The notes under the pieces were generated by a model. The model searched no databases and had not been told where the DNA came from. It saw only the letters and a list, made by a program, of their open reading frames with translations. Source: an uncultured Candidatus Peribacteria bacterium (GTDB lineage: Bacteria; Patescibacteriota; Gracilibacteria; Peribacterales; Peribacteraceae). Taken from it: 64,000 nt of DNA. Shown here in pieces: positions 17,027 through 26,800 of this stretch; the stretch's first letter is position 1; each line of letters starts with the position of its first letter. A program made the translations under genes and the position numbers. The stretch lies in assembly GCA_964635215.1 (NCBI GenBank), contig CAZWNJ010000003.1, positions 44,015 through 108,014 of the forward strand. Reading direction: 5' to 3'.

Positions 17027-18103
17027 TTAGTAGACCTGCGTTGGCGACAACACGTCGATCTGGTAGCAACCGCGACCGGCACCGTGGTCCCAGAAGATGC
17101 CATACTCATTCTTCCACTCGAGATCGAAAGTGGCGCAGATCTCGGCAACACGATCCGTCTTCACGGCATATTCGTAGGGCGCGCCCGTTTCAGGATCCGT
17201 GAGGTTGATGCGCTGATAGAGAGCATTATCGGCCACCTCTTGAAGGGTCTTCGGCAAGGGCTTAAGAAGATGCAGGGTGTCGCCGGTCTTCTGCGGCTCG
17301 CCGCGCGTCTGCGAATTGAGCTCGCGGGCAATGGCCTGCAGGTCAGAAACACGCTGTTCGTCGAAATGGCGGGCGCGCTGTGTCAGCGGACTGCCAGCGA
17401 GCGACATGCCCCAGACGATGCCACCCAGAATGAAGAGCCAGGAAACAATCTCGATGGCGCGAATGGCGGTGCGCTGTTTCGTGCGCTCCTCAATCGGACG
17501 CAGACTCATGATGTAGTAGACGAACGTGAGGCCGGCCGCGACGAGCACGAGCAGGACCTTGAGGATGAAACGTAGCGTAATTTCGCCTTCGAGCAGATAC
17601 CACACGAGCGTGACGGCGTCGCCGATCAGGGCCATGGCCGTCGCGAGGAGCGTCAGGTAGGTCAACCAACGACGCACGCCGCTGCGGGCCTTGTCGGGAT
17701 GGGCGACCAGATCCTTCATGATGATCTTCGTCACCCAGAAGAAGACTGGGAAGGCGACGATGATCATGGCGATTTGCCAGCGCACGCCGGACCAATCGGT
17801 CACGGCCAGACGCGGGTCAAAGGCGGCATCGGGCAGGAGCCAGTCAAAACAGGTGAAGTAGAGGAAGACGACGCTGAAGAGCGTGATGTAGAGACAGACG
17901 AAGCTGAGCAGGTGCAAGAAAGCCTCGCGAGCGCTGCCAACATCGGGCGGCGTAGGCACGGGCATATCGAGCGTCTCGGAGACGAGCGCCTGCTGCACGT
18001 CGCGCTCCTTCCAGCCGGAAGCCAGGAGCAACGAGCGGATGCTCTGGAAATCGAGTCCTTTGCTGCGGGCGTGGGCGATGAACGAGGAGAGTGGGGAGTC
18101 CAT
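17027..18103 (-). CDS. multi-pass membrane protein, DUF5671-like
   Basis: N-terminal FIAHARSKGLDFQSIRSLLLASGWKERDVQQAL module followed by about 6 TM helices and a C-terminal soluble domain. ATG 18103 lies 6 nt after TATGAT. Confidence 0.55.
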   Translation of the reverse strand: MDSPLSSFIAHARSKGLDFQSIRSLLLASGWKERDVQQALVSETLDMPVPTPPDVGSAREAFLHLLSFVCLYITLFSVVFLYFTCFDWLLPDAAFDPRLAVTDWSGVRWQIAMIIVAFPVFFWVTKIIMKDLVAHPDKARSGVRRWLTYLTLLATAMALIGDAVTLVWYLLEGEITLRFILKVLLVLVAAGLTFVYYIMSLRPIEERTKQRTAIRAIEIVSWLFILGGIVWGMSLAGSPLTQRARHFDEQRVSDLQAIARELNSQTRGEPQKTGDTLHLLKPLPKTLQEVADNALYQRINLTDPETGAPYEYAVKTDRVAEICATFDLEWKNEYGIFWDHGAGRGCYQIDVLSPTQVY

Positions 18104-18109
18104 GGCCGG

Positions 18110-18115
18110 ATCATA
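18110..18115 (-). promoter_or_regulatory. -10 box TATGAT (minus strand), 6 nt before ATG 18103
   Basis: Motif spacing only. Confidence 0.4.
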
Positions 18116-18146
18116 CACCTTTTAGTGCTGAACGCCGCATCCCCCG

Positions 18147-18155
18147 TGCTAGAAT
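18147..18155 (+). promoter_or_regulatory. extended -10 TGCTAGAAT, 8 nt before GTG 18164
   Basis: The same 9-mer recurs at 19329 and, on the minus strand, at 63923-63931. Confidence 0.5.
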
Positions 18156-18163
18156 CGGCCACC

Positions 18164-19258
18164 GTGAAAATCCTCCTCGCCCTCTCCGGCGGCATCGACT
18201 CGGCCGTGACGGCCCACCTGCTGAAAGAGCAGGGGCACGAGCTCGTGGCCGTGCGGTTTACGCTCTGGAGCGACCCGCTGGCGCCAGCGATCGCGCAAGT
18301 GCTGCCGAGCAAGTGTTGCAACGCCCAGACCGCGTCGCGCGCGGCTGCTGTCGCCAAGGCCCTCGACATCCCCTACCAAGTCATCGACCTGGAGGACGAC
18401 TTCAAGCGTGAGGTCGTGGACCCGTACCTCGAGGCCCACCGGAAAGGTCTTACGCCAAACCCCTGCATCCGTTGCAACCGCACGATGAAATTTGGCCGAC
18501 TCGTGTCGCTCATGCGTGAACTTGGCTGCGAGCGCCTGGCCACCGGCCACTACGCCCGCACAGCCCGCGAGACCCTGCCCGACGGCAGTGAGCGCCTGCT
18601 CCTCTTGCAAGCTACCGACGCGAGTAAGGACCAGAGTTACTATCTCTACGGCCTGACGCAGGATCAGCTGGCGGCCGCGGTCTTTCCACTCGGCGGCATG
18701 CACAAGGCCGAAGTCTTCGCTCTGGCCGAACACTACGGCGTGCCGCACGATGAGTACTACCGTGAGAGCCAAGATCTGTGTTTCTTCCCGGAAAAAACAC
18801 CGCAGGATTTTTTGAAGCGCCACCTGGCCGCCGACCTGCGACCGGGCGAGATTGTGCGCCGTGATGGCACGGTCGTCGGACAGCACCGCGGCCTCGCCCT
18901 CTACACCGTCGGTCAGCGCCGCGGCCTTGGCGTCGGCGGACTGAAGATCCCGCTTGAAGTGGTAGCCAAAGACGCGGATGGCAACCGACTCGTGGTGGCC
19001 GAGCGCGGCGCGGAACCGGCGCACGAAGTAACGCTGACCGACCTGCACTGGATCTCCTGGCGTCCGCCAGAAGAGAGTGAAGAACCCTTCACCGCCCGAT
19101 TGCGCTCACTCGGTACACCTGTCAACGGCACACTCCGCTACCGTGGCTCTGCCGGTCGATTCGCCTTTTCTACCCCGCAGGGACCACAGGCTTGGGGGCA
19201 ACATGTAGTGCTCTACCGAGGGGAAGAAGTGGTGGGCGGAGGCCAAATGAGTGGCTAA
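18164..19258 (+). CDS. mnmA: tRNA 2-thiouridine(34) synthase MnmA
   Basis: (V)KILLALSGGIDSAV PP-loop, NPCIRCN, DQSYYLY. The upstream part of track ORF 17699.. is antisense to the neighbouring membrane-protein gene. Confidence 0.9.
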   Translation: MKILLALSGGIDSAVTAHLLKEQGHELVAVRFTLWSDPLAPAIAQVLPSKCCNAQTASRAAAVAKALDIPYQVIDLEDDFKREVVDPYLEAHRKGLTPNPCIRCNRTMKFGRLVSLMRELGCERLATGHYARTARETLPDGSERLLLLQATDASKDQSYYLYGLTQDQLAAAVFPLGGMHKAEVFALAEHYGVPHDEYYRESQDLCFFPEKTPQDFLKRHLAADLRPGEIVRRDGTVVGQHRGLALYTVGQRRGLGVGGLKIPLEVVAKDADGNRLVVAERGAEPAHEVTLTDLHWISWRPPEESEEPFTARLRSLGTPVNGTLRYRGSAGRFAFSTPQGPQAWGQHVVLYRGEEVVGGGQMSG

Positions 19259-19328
19259 AGAAGCTATCGACATTGTTCCATGAGATCTTTCTGATACCAT
19301 TTGGGAGGTGTCAAGATTGGCTCCATTC

Positions 19329-19337
19329 TGCTAGAAT
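19329..19337 (+). promoter_or_regulatory. extended -10 TGCTAGAAT, 6 nt before ATG 19344
   Basis: Motif spacing only. Confidence 0.5.
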
Positions 19338-19343
19338 ATCCAG

Positions 19344-20690
19344 ATGTCCTCGTCGCTCCCCCACGGGCAGGCCTCGTACACACCCGACGGCCATATCGTG
19401 ATTAACGGCGCCTCCGGGGACGCGCCGATTCCAACTGAGCCGAGTTGGTCGATGGTGGCGGAGGTGGAAGATCTCCTGCGTCAGCTCCCGGAAGATGCAC
19501 CAACGATTGACGAACCGGTTGCCGCCTCTGAAGTGGTAAAGCCAGTGGTGAAGCGTGTCTCAAAGCCGTCGAAGATCGCCGTCACATTGGCGGCGATGCG
19601 AAGTAACATTCAACAGAGTGCCACCGAGCTTGTTTGGTGTGGCGTTGACGACATCCAGACTGCCGGCCGCAAGCTGCAGGCCACGGCCGCGAAAGCCGTG
19701 GATAACGTGCACGTCGCCAGCAAGAAGCTTCAGGTTTCTACCGCCAAGGCAGTGTTGGAAAGTGCCCGTCAGTACCAGCTGAGTGCAGAGGACGGCCAGC
19801 GCCTCGGCGCCAATCTCTACGACGAAAGCCGCACGCTCCTCGGACATTTCTGGTTCTTCCTCCGCCAGCCGGTGTGGGTGGCACGCAAGAATCGCACCGC
19901 CCGTCAGAGCAGCCGCGGTGCACTCTTCCTCAACGATGTCCTGCGTTTCGGCACAACCTTCGCGCTCATCTTCGGCACACTCTTCATCGGCCTCAACTAC
20001 GAGAGCTTCTGGCAGATCGCCGCGGCTGAGTTGGATCCGTTGAGTCACGTTCCCGAACTCCAAGCTCAGATCCCGACACTGGCATCGCACTTGCAAGGTA
20101 GGGACCAGAAAGGTCACGAAGATGATTTGAACGTCGTCCCGCCCGTCGGTCCGCCCGAGAATCTGCTCATCGTCCCGAAGCTCGGGCTGAATGTGCCGAT
20201 TGTTGAGCCCTCCGAGGCACCGCTCATCAATCAGGATTGGACCGGCCTCGAGAATGAGATCCAAGCTTCACTCCAAGACGGTGTCGTCCACTATCCCGGC
20301 ACCGCGCGCCCTGGCCAAGCCGGCAATTTCTTCGTGACAGGTCACAGCTCGTACTACGCCTGGGCACCAGGCAAATTCAAATCGGTTTTCGCCCGTCTGT
20401 CGGATCTTAAAGTCGGTGATGAGTACTGGGTCTACTACGGCGGCGATAAGCACCGCTACAAAATCGTCTCGAGTACCGAGGTCCGTCCAAGCGAGGTTCA
20501 CGTCCTCGATCAACCCACTGACCAGCGTCTGGCCACACTCATGACTTGCACGCCGGTTGGCACAACTCTGCGACGCCTCATCATCTCAGCCGTCGAGATC
20601 GACCCGATCTCGGGCGAGCAGTTAGCCGTCGGCGAGCACGGCACGCAGGAAGCCCTGCCGAAGGTGCAGGTGGAGGTTCTGCCCATCTGA
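19344..20690 (+). CDS. sortase-family transpeptidase with long N-terminal region and TM segment
   Basis: The C-terminal domain carries HSSYY (His), LATLMTCTP (TLxTC catalytic Cys) and a downstream Arg. Confidence 0.8.
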   Translation: MSSSLPHGQASYTPDGHIVINGASGDAPIPTEPSWSMVAEVEDLLRQLPEDAPTIDEPVAASEVVKPVVKRVSKPSKIAVTLAAMRSNIQQSATELVWCGVDDIQTAGRKLQATAAKAVDNVHVASKKLQVSTAKAVLESARQYQLSAEDGQRLGANLYDESRTLLGHFWFFLRQPVWVARKNRTARQSSRGALFLNDVLRFGTTFALIFGTLFIGLNYESFWQIAAAELDPLSHVPELQAQIPTLASHLQGRDQKGHEDDLNVVPPVGPPENLLIVPKLGLNVPIVEPSEAPLINQDWTGLENEIQASLQDGVVHYPGTARPGQAGNFFVTGHSSYYAWAPGKFKSVFARLSDLKVGDEYWVYYGGDKHRYKIVSSTEVRPSEVHVLDQPTDQRLATLMTCTPVGTTLRRLIISAVEIDPISGEQLAVGEHGTQEALPKVQVEVLPI

Positions 20691-20741
20691 AAACCAGGGT
20701 ATGCTGCGGGTCGTCGCACAGTATTGTTCTTTGTTGCGCCT

Positions 20742-20827
20742 GCCGCCGTGGTGAAATGGTAAACACGGGGGACTTAAAATCCCCTGCCCTCACGGGCCTG
20801 CTGGTTCGATTCCAGCCGGCGGCACCA
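20742..20827 (+). tRNA. tRNA-Leu (anticodon UAA), CCA encoded
   Basis: GCCGCCG...GGGGA-CTTAAAA-TCCCC-long variable arm-GCTGG-TTCGATT-CCAGC-CGGCGGC-A-CCA. Confidence 0.9.
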
Positions 20828-20847
20828 GAACATCCCCGTTGTGAGAC

Positions 20848-20903
20848 ACTTACAATCCCCTGCCCTCACGGGCCTGCTGGTTCGATTCCAGCCGGCGGCA
20901 CCA
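20848..20903 (+). pseudogene. orphan duplicated 3' half of tRNA-Leu, from the anticodon loop to CCA
   Basis: 56 nt identical to 20772..20827 except one base (A to C at anticodon position 36). No matching 5' acceptor or D-arm lies upstream. Confidence 0.8.
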
Positions 20904-20945
20904 ACAAGACTTGCCCACTGAATGCACTTAGAGAAGGATTGGGGC

Positions 20946-21299
20946 ATGAAGCCTCGTCTCATCCACTCCATCGGTCATGCCCTCCGCGGGATCCGGGCCG
21001 TGTGGCGCGAGGAGCGCAGTTTCCGTCTGGAACTCCTCATCATTCTCGTCGTGATTGCCGGCTCGTTCTGGATGGGACTCAGCGAGATTGAATGGGTGGG
21101 CATCGCCATCGGCTCGGGCATGGTGCTCTGCGCGGAAATCGTGAACACGATTGCAGAGGATATTCTCGATCTTCTCCATCCCGATCACCATCCGATTGCA
21201 GGCCGGGTGAAGGACATGGGCGCCGCACTCGTTCTGACCAGTGCGCTCTCGGCGTCAGCCATTGCTCTGGCCATCATCGCAAGTCATTTGGGGCTCTAA
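20946..21299 (+). CDS. dgkA: diacylglycerol/undecaprenol kinase DgkA family
   Basis: RAVWREERSFRLEL..., AEIVNTIAEDILD, three TM segments, about 117 aa. Confidence 0.85.
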   Translation: MKPRLIHSIGHALRGIRAVWREERSFRLELLIILVVIAGSFWMGLSEIEWVGIAIGSGMVLCAEIVNTIAEDILDLLHPDHHPIAGRVKDMGAALVLTSALSASAIALAIIASHLGL

Positions 21300-21318
21300 T
21301 GACAGAGAAACTCAAAAA

Positions 21319-21327
21319 TGGTACAAT
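21319..21327 (+). promoter_or_regulatory. extended -10 TGGTACAAT, 6 nt before TTG 21334
   Basis: Motif spacing only. Confidence 0.45.
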
Positions 21328-21333
21328 GGTCTG

Positions 21334-22296
21334 TTGACCAAACCCCACACCCACATCGTCTCCCGGATCGGTGGTTGGATCGCGCTTGTCGTCTCGATTC
21401 TGGGTGTCGGCATGTACAACGCTCTCGGCAAGAACTTAAGCGGATCACTCTCGCCGTACGCCATCCTGCTAGCGAGTGAATTGGTCATGGCCGCGCTCGT
21501 ACTGGTGGCTTTCGGAGCCGTACCGACATTCCAAGACATCAAGAAGCTGTCGAAGAAGACGCTGAAATACAGCATCATCGTCGCCACCGCGAGCTCAGTC
21601 ATCGGTCCGATTTTCTGGCTAGAGGGTATCCAGTTGAGCAGCGCGACAAATGCCTCGCTCTTCGCCGGTGTCGATATCGTCTGCACAATGATTCTGGCCT
21701 CGGTCTGGCTGCGACAGCGTTTCCATCCCGAACAGATCGCCGGTGCGTTCGTGGTGTGTATCGGCATTGCGTTCGCCTTCCTTGTCTCATGTTCGCGCAC
21801 TGGACTGAGTTTCGGATTGGGCGACGCTCTGCTCTTCCTCGGCACGGCATCGACGAGCGTCGGCAACGTCGTCTTCCGCAAATATCTGTCGCACTGTAAC
21901 CCCCGCGTTTTCTTAAGCGTTCGCATCATCACGTGCATTGTCATTCTCACGGCAATTGCGCCATTCCTGACCGGCTCACTGGCGGAGGAGATCCTGAACA
22001 TGCCGACTGTGCTGATCCTGACGCTTATCACCTTCGGTGTCGTTGGCCGCTTTGTAAGCATGTACGGCTACTACACAGCCATCGAGCGGCTCCCCATCAC
22101 CACCGTTTCACTCTGCGGCTCCAGCACGGTCATCATCGGTCTCTTCTTCGCCTACGTCTTGGCAGGCGAAGCGATCGCTTGGTATCACATCGTCGGTGCC
22201 ACGTTGATCATGAGCGGTATGGCACTCTTCGAGTGGCCGCATAAGCCAGTGCAGTGGCACCCACTACCGGTACCAATGAAGAGCGCCCATCATTGA
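21334..22296 (+). CDS. EamA/DMT-family transporter
   Basis: About 10 TM helices with a two-repeat EamA-like pattern. The start is uncertain. TTG 21334 was chosen because the upstream part overlaps dgkA. Confidence 0.7.
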   Translation: MTKPHTHIVSRIGGWIALVVSILGVGMYNALGKNLSGSLSPYAILLASELVMAALVLVAFGAVPTFQDIKKLSKKTLKYSIIVATASSVIGPIFWLEGIQLSSATNASLFAGVDIVCTMILASVWLRQRFHPEQIAGAFVVCIGIAFAFLVSCSRTGLSFGLGDALLFLGTASTSVGNVVFRKYLSHCNPRVFLSVRIITCIVILTAIAPFLTGSLAEEILNMPTVLILTLITFGVVGRFVSMYGYYTAIERLPITTVSLCGSSTVIIGLFFAYVLAGEAIAWYHIVGATLIMSGMALFEWPHKPVQWHPLPVPMKSAHH

Positions 22297-22336
22297 TGGT
22301 GTTGCGGAACGATGTCACTGACCGTAGCCTTGGCGC

Positions 22337-22975
22337 GTGTTCAAAATCTTCCGCGCGGCCGCCGGTGTCCTCCTCTTCGCTATCGCGGTGTGGACGATCG
22401 CCAACCCCTCTCTTAGTCGCTCGGCCGCAACAATCACCGAGCCGAGCGAACCGCACATCAGCACCGGAGCTTCACGCCTAACGGATGAGGACCGGTCTTT
22501 TCTCAAAGATCTTGCCGCTCTGACACGTCAACAACTGGATGATCTGTCTGAGGACGAGCGCCAGGCGTTGGAGCTGAAGGTTGCCTCGGTGAGCGCGCGT
22601 CTGCCAGACATCACATCAGAGGAAGATCCGCCTATCGGATCAGGAACACTGCTTTTCCGCGGCGAGATCACCGGTCCCGACGCCTTCCACTCCGCCCAGG
22701 GAACCGTGGCGATTGCGCGGATGAAGGCCACCGGTCAGATTATCGCCAGAGTGTCGCATCTCACCATGGATAAAGCCCCGCTCCTGCGCGTCATTCTCAG
22801 CTCAGACACCGAGGGCGATCCAACCAATCATCCGATCGTACTCGGAACGTTGAAGGGAAATCTTGGTTCTGCGAACTTCGACGTTCCTAAGAACGTCAAC
22901 CTCAGCACCGTTCGCAGTTTGACGATCGTGTTTCCGCCCTTCGGGACACGCTTCGCTGTCGCGACTCTTCATTAA
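22337..22975 (+). CDS. membrane-anchored DM13-like domain protein
   Basis: N-terminal TM. C-terminal GEITGPDAFHSAQGTVAIAR...LSHLTMDKAPLLRVILS... resembles the DM13 beta domain. This is a by-eye call. Confidence 0.45.
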   Translation: MFKIFRAAAGVLLFAIAVWTIANPSLSRSAATITEPSEPHISTGASRLTDEDRSFLKDLAALTRQQLDDLSEDERQALELKVASVSARLPDITSEEDPPIGSGTLLFRGEITGPDAFHSAQGTVAIARMKATGQIIARVSHLTMDKAPLLRVILSSDTEGDPTNHPIVLGTLKGNLGSANFDVPKNVNLSTVRSLTIVFPPFGTRFAVATLH

Positions 22976-23835
22976 CGGACTGCGTACGCCTGACTGGCCA
23001 AGAAGAGAATCTTCGCCAAGGCGGCGCGATTCACCGCGTCATCCGGACCGAAGTTGCCTGTCGCCTGGCCGTCGGTGCTGGTGTAGCCGCTGACGATCCC
23101 ATCCGCCGCCGCTCGTTCCACGAAGGCAGCGAAGGCTAGGTTCTTTTTCACGTCTGCGAAGACCGTGCCCGTGGCGGGCACGGGTGCGACGCGGAAGGCC
23201 TGCAGGATCGTCGTCACCACTTCGCGACGCAGAGCTGGCCGGCTTAAGTCTTCGGACCCGTCACTGTACACGGCCCAGCCGAGCGTCTCGGCGCAACGCA
23301 CGTACGGCTCGGACCAACGGCCCTGGGCTAAGCGACTCAGCAGCGTCGAACCGGTCTGGGCGCAGGAGGCCGCCGTCCGTCCGCTCACCTCAGCTGCGAC
23401 CTTGGCGAGCTGCTCGACCGTGACGGAATCATCGGGACCAAAGAGTCCGAGCGCGGCACCAAACTCATCACGATACCCTGACATCCAACCACTCTCCAGG
23501 ACGGCTCGCACGAACGGGGCGTACCACGACTCGCGGACAGCATCGCGGAAGGCCATGTCTTGGCCGTCAATGACGGCCGTGAGGAAGGTATCGGGTGTCA
23601 GCTGTTCGCGTACGACGGCCGATCCGGAAGCACTGAGGGGAAGAAGATCAGACTGAGATTCCAATGCTTCTTCGACCTTCTGAATAGCGTCTTCTGCGCG
23701 CAAATCCAGGACTGCACCAGAGAGGGCCTGCAGATCGGTCTGCAGGAGCGTACTTCCGGAGGCTGCTATCGCCTCAAAAGGCATCAAAAGCGATAGAATG
23801 GCAAGAGCCAGGGCAAGGGAGGGGTGCATGGGCAC
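22972..23835 (-). CDS. secreted protein with three SLH domains
   Basis: Signal peptide. WYAPFVRAVLESGWMSGY..., WSEPYVRCAETLGW..., FADVKKNLAFAAFVERAAADGIVSGY...FGPDDAVNRAALAKIL. Confidence 0.75.
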   Translation of the reverse strand: MPMHPSLALALAILSLLMPFEAIAASGSTLLQTDLQALSGAVLDLRAEDAIQKVEEALESQSDLLPLSASGSAVVREQLTPDTFLTAVIDGQDMAFRDAVRESWYAPFVRAVLESGWMSGYRDEFGAALGLFGPDDSVTVEQLAKVAAEVSGRTAASCAQTGSTLLSRLAQGRWSEPYVRCAETLGWAVYSDGSEDLSRPALRREVVTTILQAFRVAPVPATGTVFADVKKNLAFAAFVERAAADGIVSGYTSTDGQATGNFGPDDAVNRAALAKILFLASQAYAVR

Positions 23836-23896
23836 AATGTAGCGCCATCGGTGCTTCCACGCGCAGTCAATCAGCCGTAGTCTAGGGTGCGCGTCT

Positions 23897-26800
23897 ATGT
23901 CATCTCATCCGCTCGATGCACAACCGGCTCAGGAGGGCGACGAGCCCAAGCGGCGCACGATCCTCGTCCTCGGCGCCGGACCGGACGATGCCGCTATGTT
24001 CGAAAATTCGCTGTGCGAGACGGTAGCGGCATACAGCGCAGCTGGGTACGCGGTGGTGTTGGTCGCACCGGATTTTCTCCCGATCACAACCGCGAATCGT
24101 TTTTACCAGCTGCCACTCATTCCGGAATTCCTTGAGCGCGTCATCGCGACCGAGCGACCGCAATCCATCGTCATCTCCGCCGCCGGTCAGTCGGCCCTGG
24201 CCGCCGGCTTGGAACTGGAGGCTCGCAACATCCTCCGTCGCTACAGCGTCTCAGTTCTCGGTACGCCCTCCGAGCGCCTCCTTGAACTGACGGAGCGCCC
24301 GTTGGGTTTGCTCGAGCTCGGCCCGATCGGCACCGATGTCCAGAAATCCATCGCCTGTCACACACTCGACGAAAGCCTGCGTGCGGCGGAATTTTTGGGG
24401 TACCCCGTTCTCGTCCGTGACCGGGACGGTTTCGCCGCCGAAGCCCGCGATGTTGTGACACTGAAAGAACATGTACGCCACGCACTCCTCAGTCACGAGG
24501 AGGTGCTCATCCAAGAAAGCACCTGTGGTTGGCGCGAGCTGCAATTCATCGTGGCTGGCGACCAGAGTGGGCAGACGCGAGTCCTCGCGGAGCTAGAGTG
24601 TTTTGATCCGCAGTCGGATGGCGCGCTCGAGCCGATCTTCATCACTCCGATCCAAAGCCTCCCCGACACTGAGCTCCTGTCACTCAGGAGCAGTGCTGAA
24701 TCCCTTGCGGCCACTCTCGGAATCATCGGCGTGAGTACCGTTTCGGTGGCCGTCGAACGACGGCACGGGCATCGCCGACTCCTGACTCTCACTCCAAGAC
24801 TCTCCCGCTCGGTCGGTATTGCTGCACGCGTCCGCGGGCTGCCACTGAGCCGTCTGGCGGCCGAACTGACCCTTGGCAAACTTCTCGATACTCACTCACT
24901 CCCCTCCCCCGCTTCACAGCCTCTCATCACGATCAGCTTGCCTGCGGTGTCGCCGCGACCTGGGGCGGGTCGTCCCGAGCACCCGATGCACATCGCCACG
25001 GGCGAGGTGATGGCGAGCGGCACCACTTTCATCGAAGCCCTGCAATCAGCCATCCGTATGCAATCAATTGGCGCGGATGGTCTCCTACCGCTGCCCTTCA
25101 CCTTCACCGACCTACGCCGCGAATTGACGACACCGGGCCCACGCCGACTCCTCGCCATCGCCAACGCCATGGAGGGCGAATGGAGCGTGCAAGAACTCGC
25201 CATCCTCACCGGCATCGATCTGCACTACCTCAAAGCAATAGAAGAGTGTGTCACGCTGAAGCGTGCCCTCCTGCAACTTGGTAATGAGGCGCTCACTGAG
25301 GACCTCCTCTGGAGATTGAAACGCGCTGGATTTTCCGACCGATCCATCGCAGCCGTGCGCTCACAGAAGCCCGAAGAATTGACAGATCTTCGACGCAGCC
25401 TCGGCGTCCGCCCAAAGCTAAGAACCGCGTACGTGAGCGGTCCGAACGCGGCGACGTTCTACCTCAGCTACAGCGGGGAGATCGATCGAGCCTTGCCCGT
25501 CACTCCGATTCTTATCACTGCCCCCGGACCGACGGCCTCCGCTGCGGGACGGAGTGGTACCGTTTGTCTCCAGGAAACACTCGGAGTTTTGCGCGCTCAG
25601 GGTGAGCAACCGATCCTCCTAACGCCGGATCCATGGTCCGTCCGTGCCACAGACAACACGACGCTTATTCTCACCGAACTCTCACCCGAGAACGTTGCCG
25701 AAATTGCCACCATCCTGGAGCCGAAGAACGTCGTCACATGGACCGGCGGCGAGATTCCCGCCGCGGTCATAGCCGCACTGGGGGAAGCTGGCACTCCACT
25801 TCTTGGGACGGCCGCTTCGGAGGTCATCACGATCGACGACCCGCGACGCCTCGCTGCCCTGTGCACGGAACTCGGGCTGCCGCAGCCTGATTGGCGTGAA
25901 GCCGCCGATATGGACAGCGCCCTGGCCGCCGCCGAGTTGGCTGGCTACCCGATTCTCATTCGCGGCAGTCGAGGCCTGACGAAGGGGCGGACAGTCGTGG
26001 CCAGAACAGCTGAAGAACTACGCTCCTGGCTCGGAGCACCAGGTTTGGGACGCGACGCGCACATGATGATGGCACGCGCGCAGTTCGGCGAGAGCGTGGA
26101 CATCGACGCCGTGGCGCAAGACGGCGCACTTGTCGCTCTCTCCATCGCCGAGCACGTCGAGCGATTCGCGCTCCACGACGATAGCGCCAGCACGGTCTTG
26201 CCGGCACAGATGCTCACGCTGCACATGCTCCGCCAACTGAAGACCGTTGCCGGCCGCTTGGCCGCCGCCCTCAACATCTCCGGGCCCTTCAGTCTCCAAT
26301 TCCTGACGGAACGAGGTTCGGTCTTCCTGCTCGGCATCGAAATGCGACTCAGTCGCAACGCCGCCCTTGTGCCGTTGGCCTGTGGGCAGAATCTCCCGCG
26401 TCTGGCCATCGAAGCGGCACTCGGCCTTTGCACAGAAACGAACGTCATCGTCGCCGACTCCGATCACGTCGTGGTGCAAGTTGGCCAAAACCGAACTCGC
26501 GGCGAGACGACCCGACGGCGATCAACCGTCAGCCTAGGCGAGACGACGAGTCAGGCGCTCCTGACAGGGTTCGTTGGACTCGGACTGCGGCCGCCAGAAC
26601 GCAGTCTCTTACTCTGTATCGATTCGCTCGACGACCTAACGACACTCCTGCCGACGATCCGCAACTTACACGATAAAGGTTTCGTTTTGCTCGCCACAAC
26701 GAATGCACACGAGTTCTTGCAGGCGAGATCAATTCCTTCGGGCCTGCTCTACCGCCCCTCGGAACCGCGCAGCCCTAACGTCATGGAGTACGTCGAACAG

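Noticed and set aside
20828-20903. Second tRNA-like unit as a functional tRNA (anticodon would read UAC, Val)
   Set aside because: There is no 5' acceptor strand, D-arm or anticodon-stem partner upstream. Only the 3' 56 nt match, so it cannot fold as a cloverleaf.
20546-21091. 181-aa ORF covering both tRNA-Leu copies and the start of dgkA
   Set aside because: It overlaps tRNA sequence and the dgkA frame, and has Arg/Pro/Gly-rich shadow composition.
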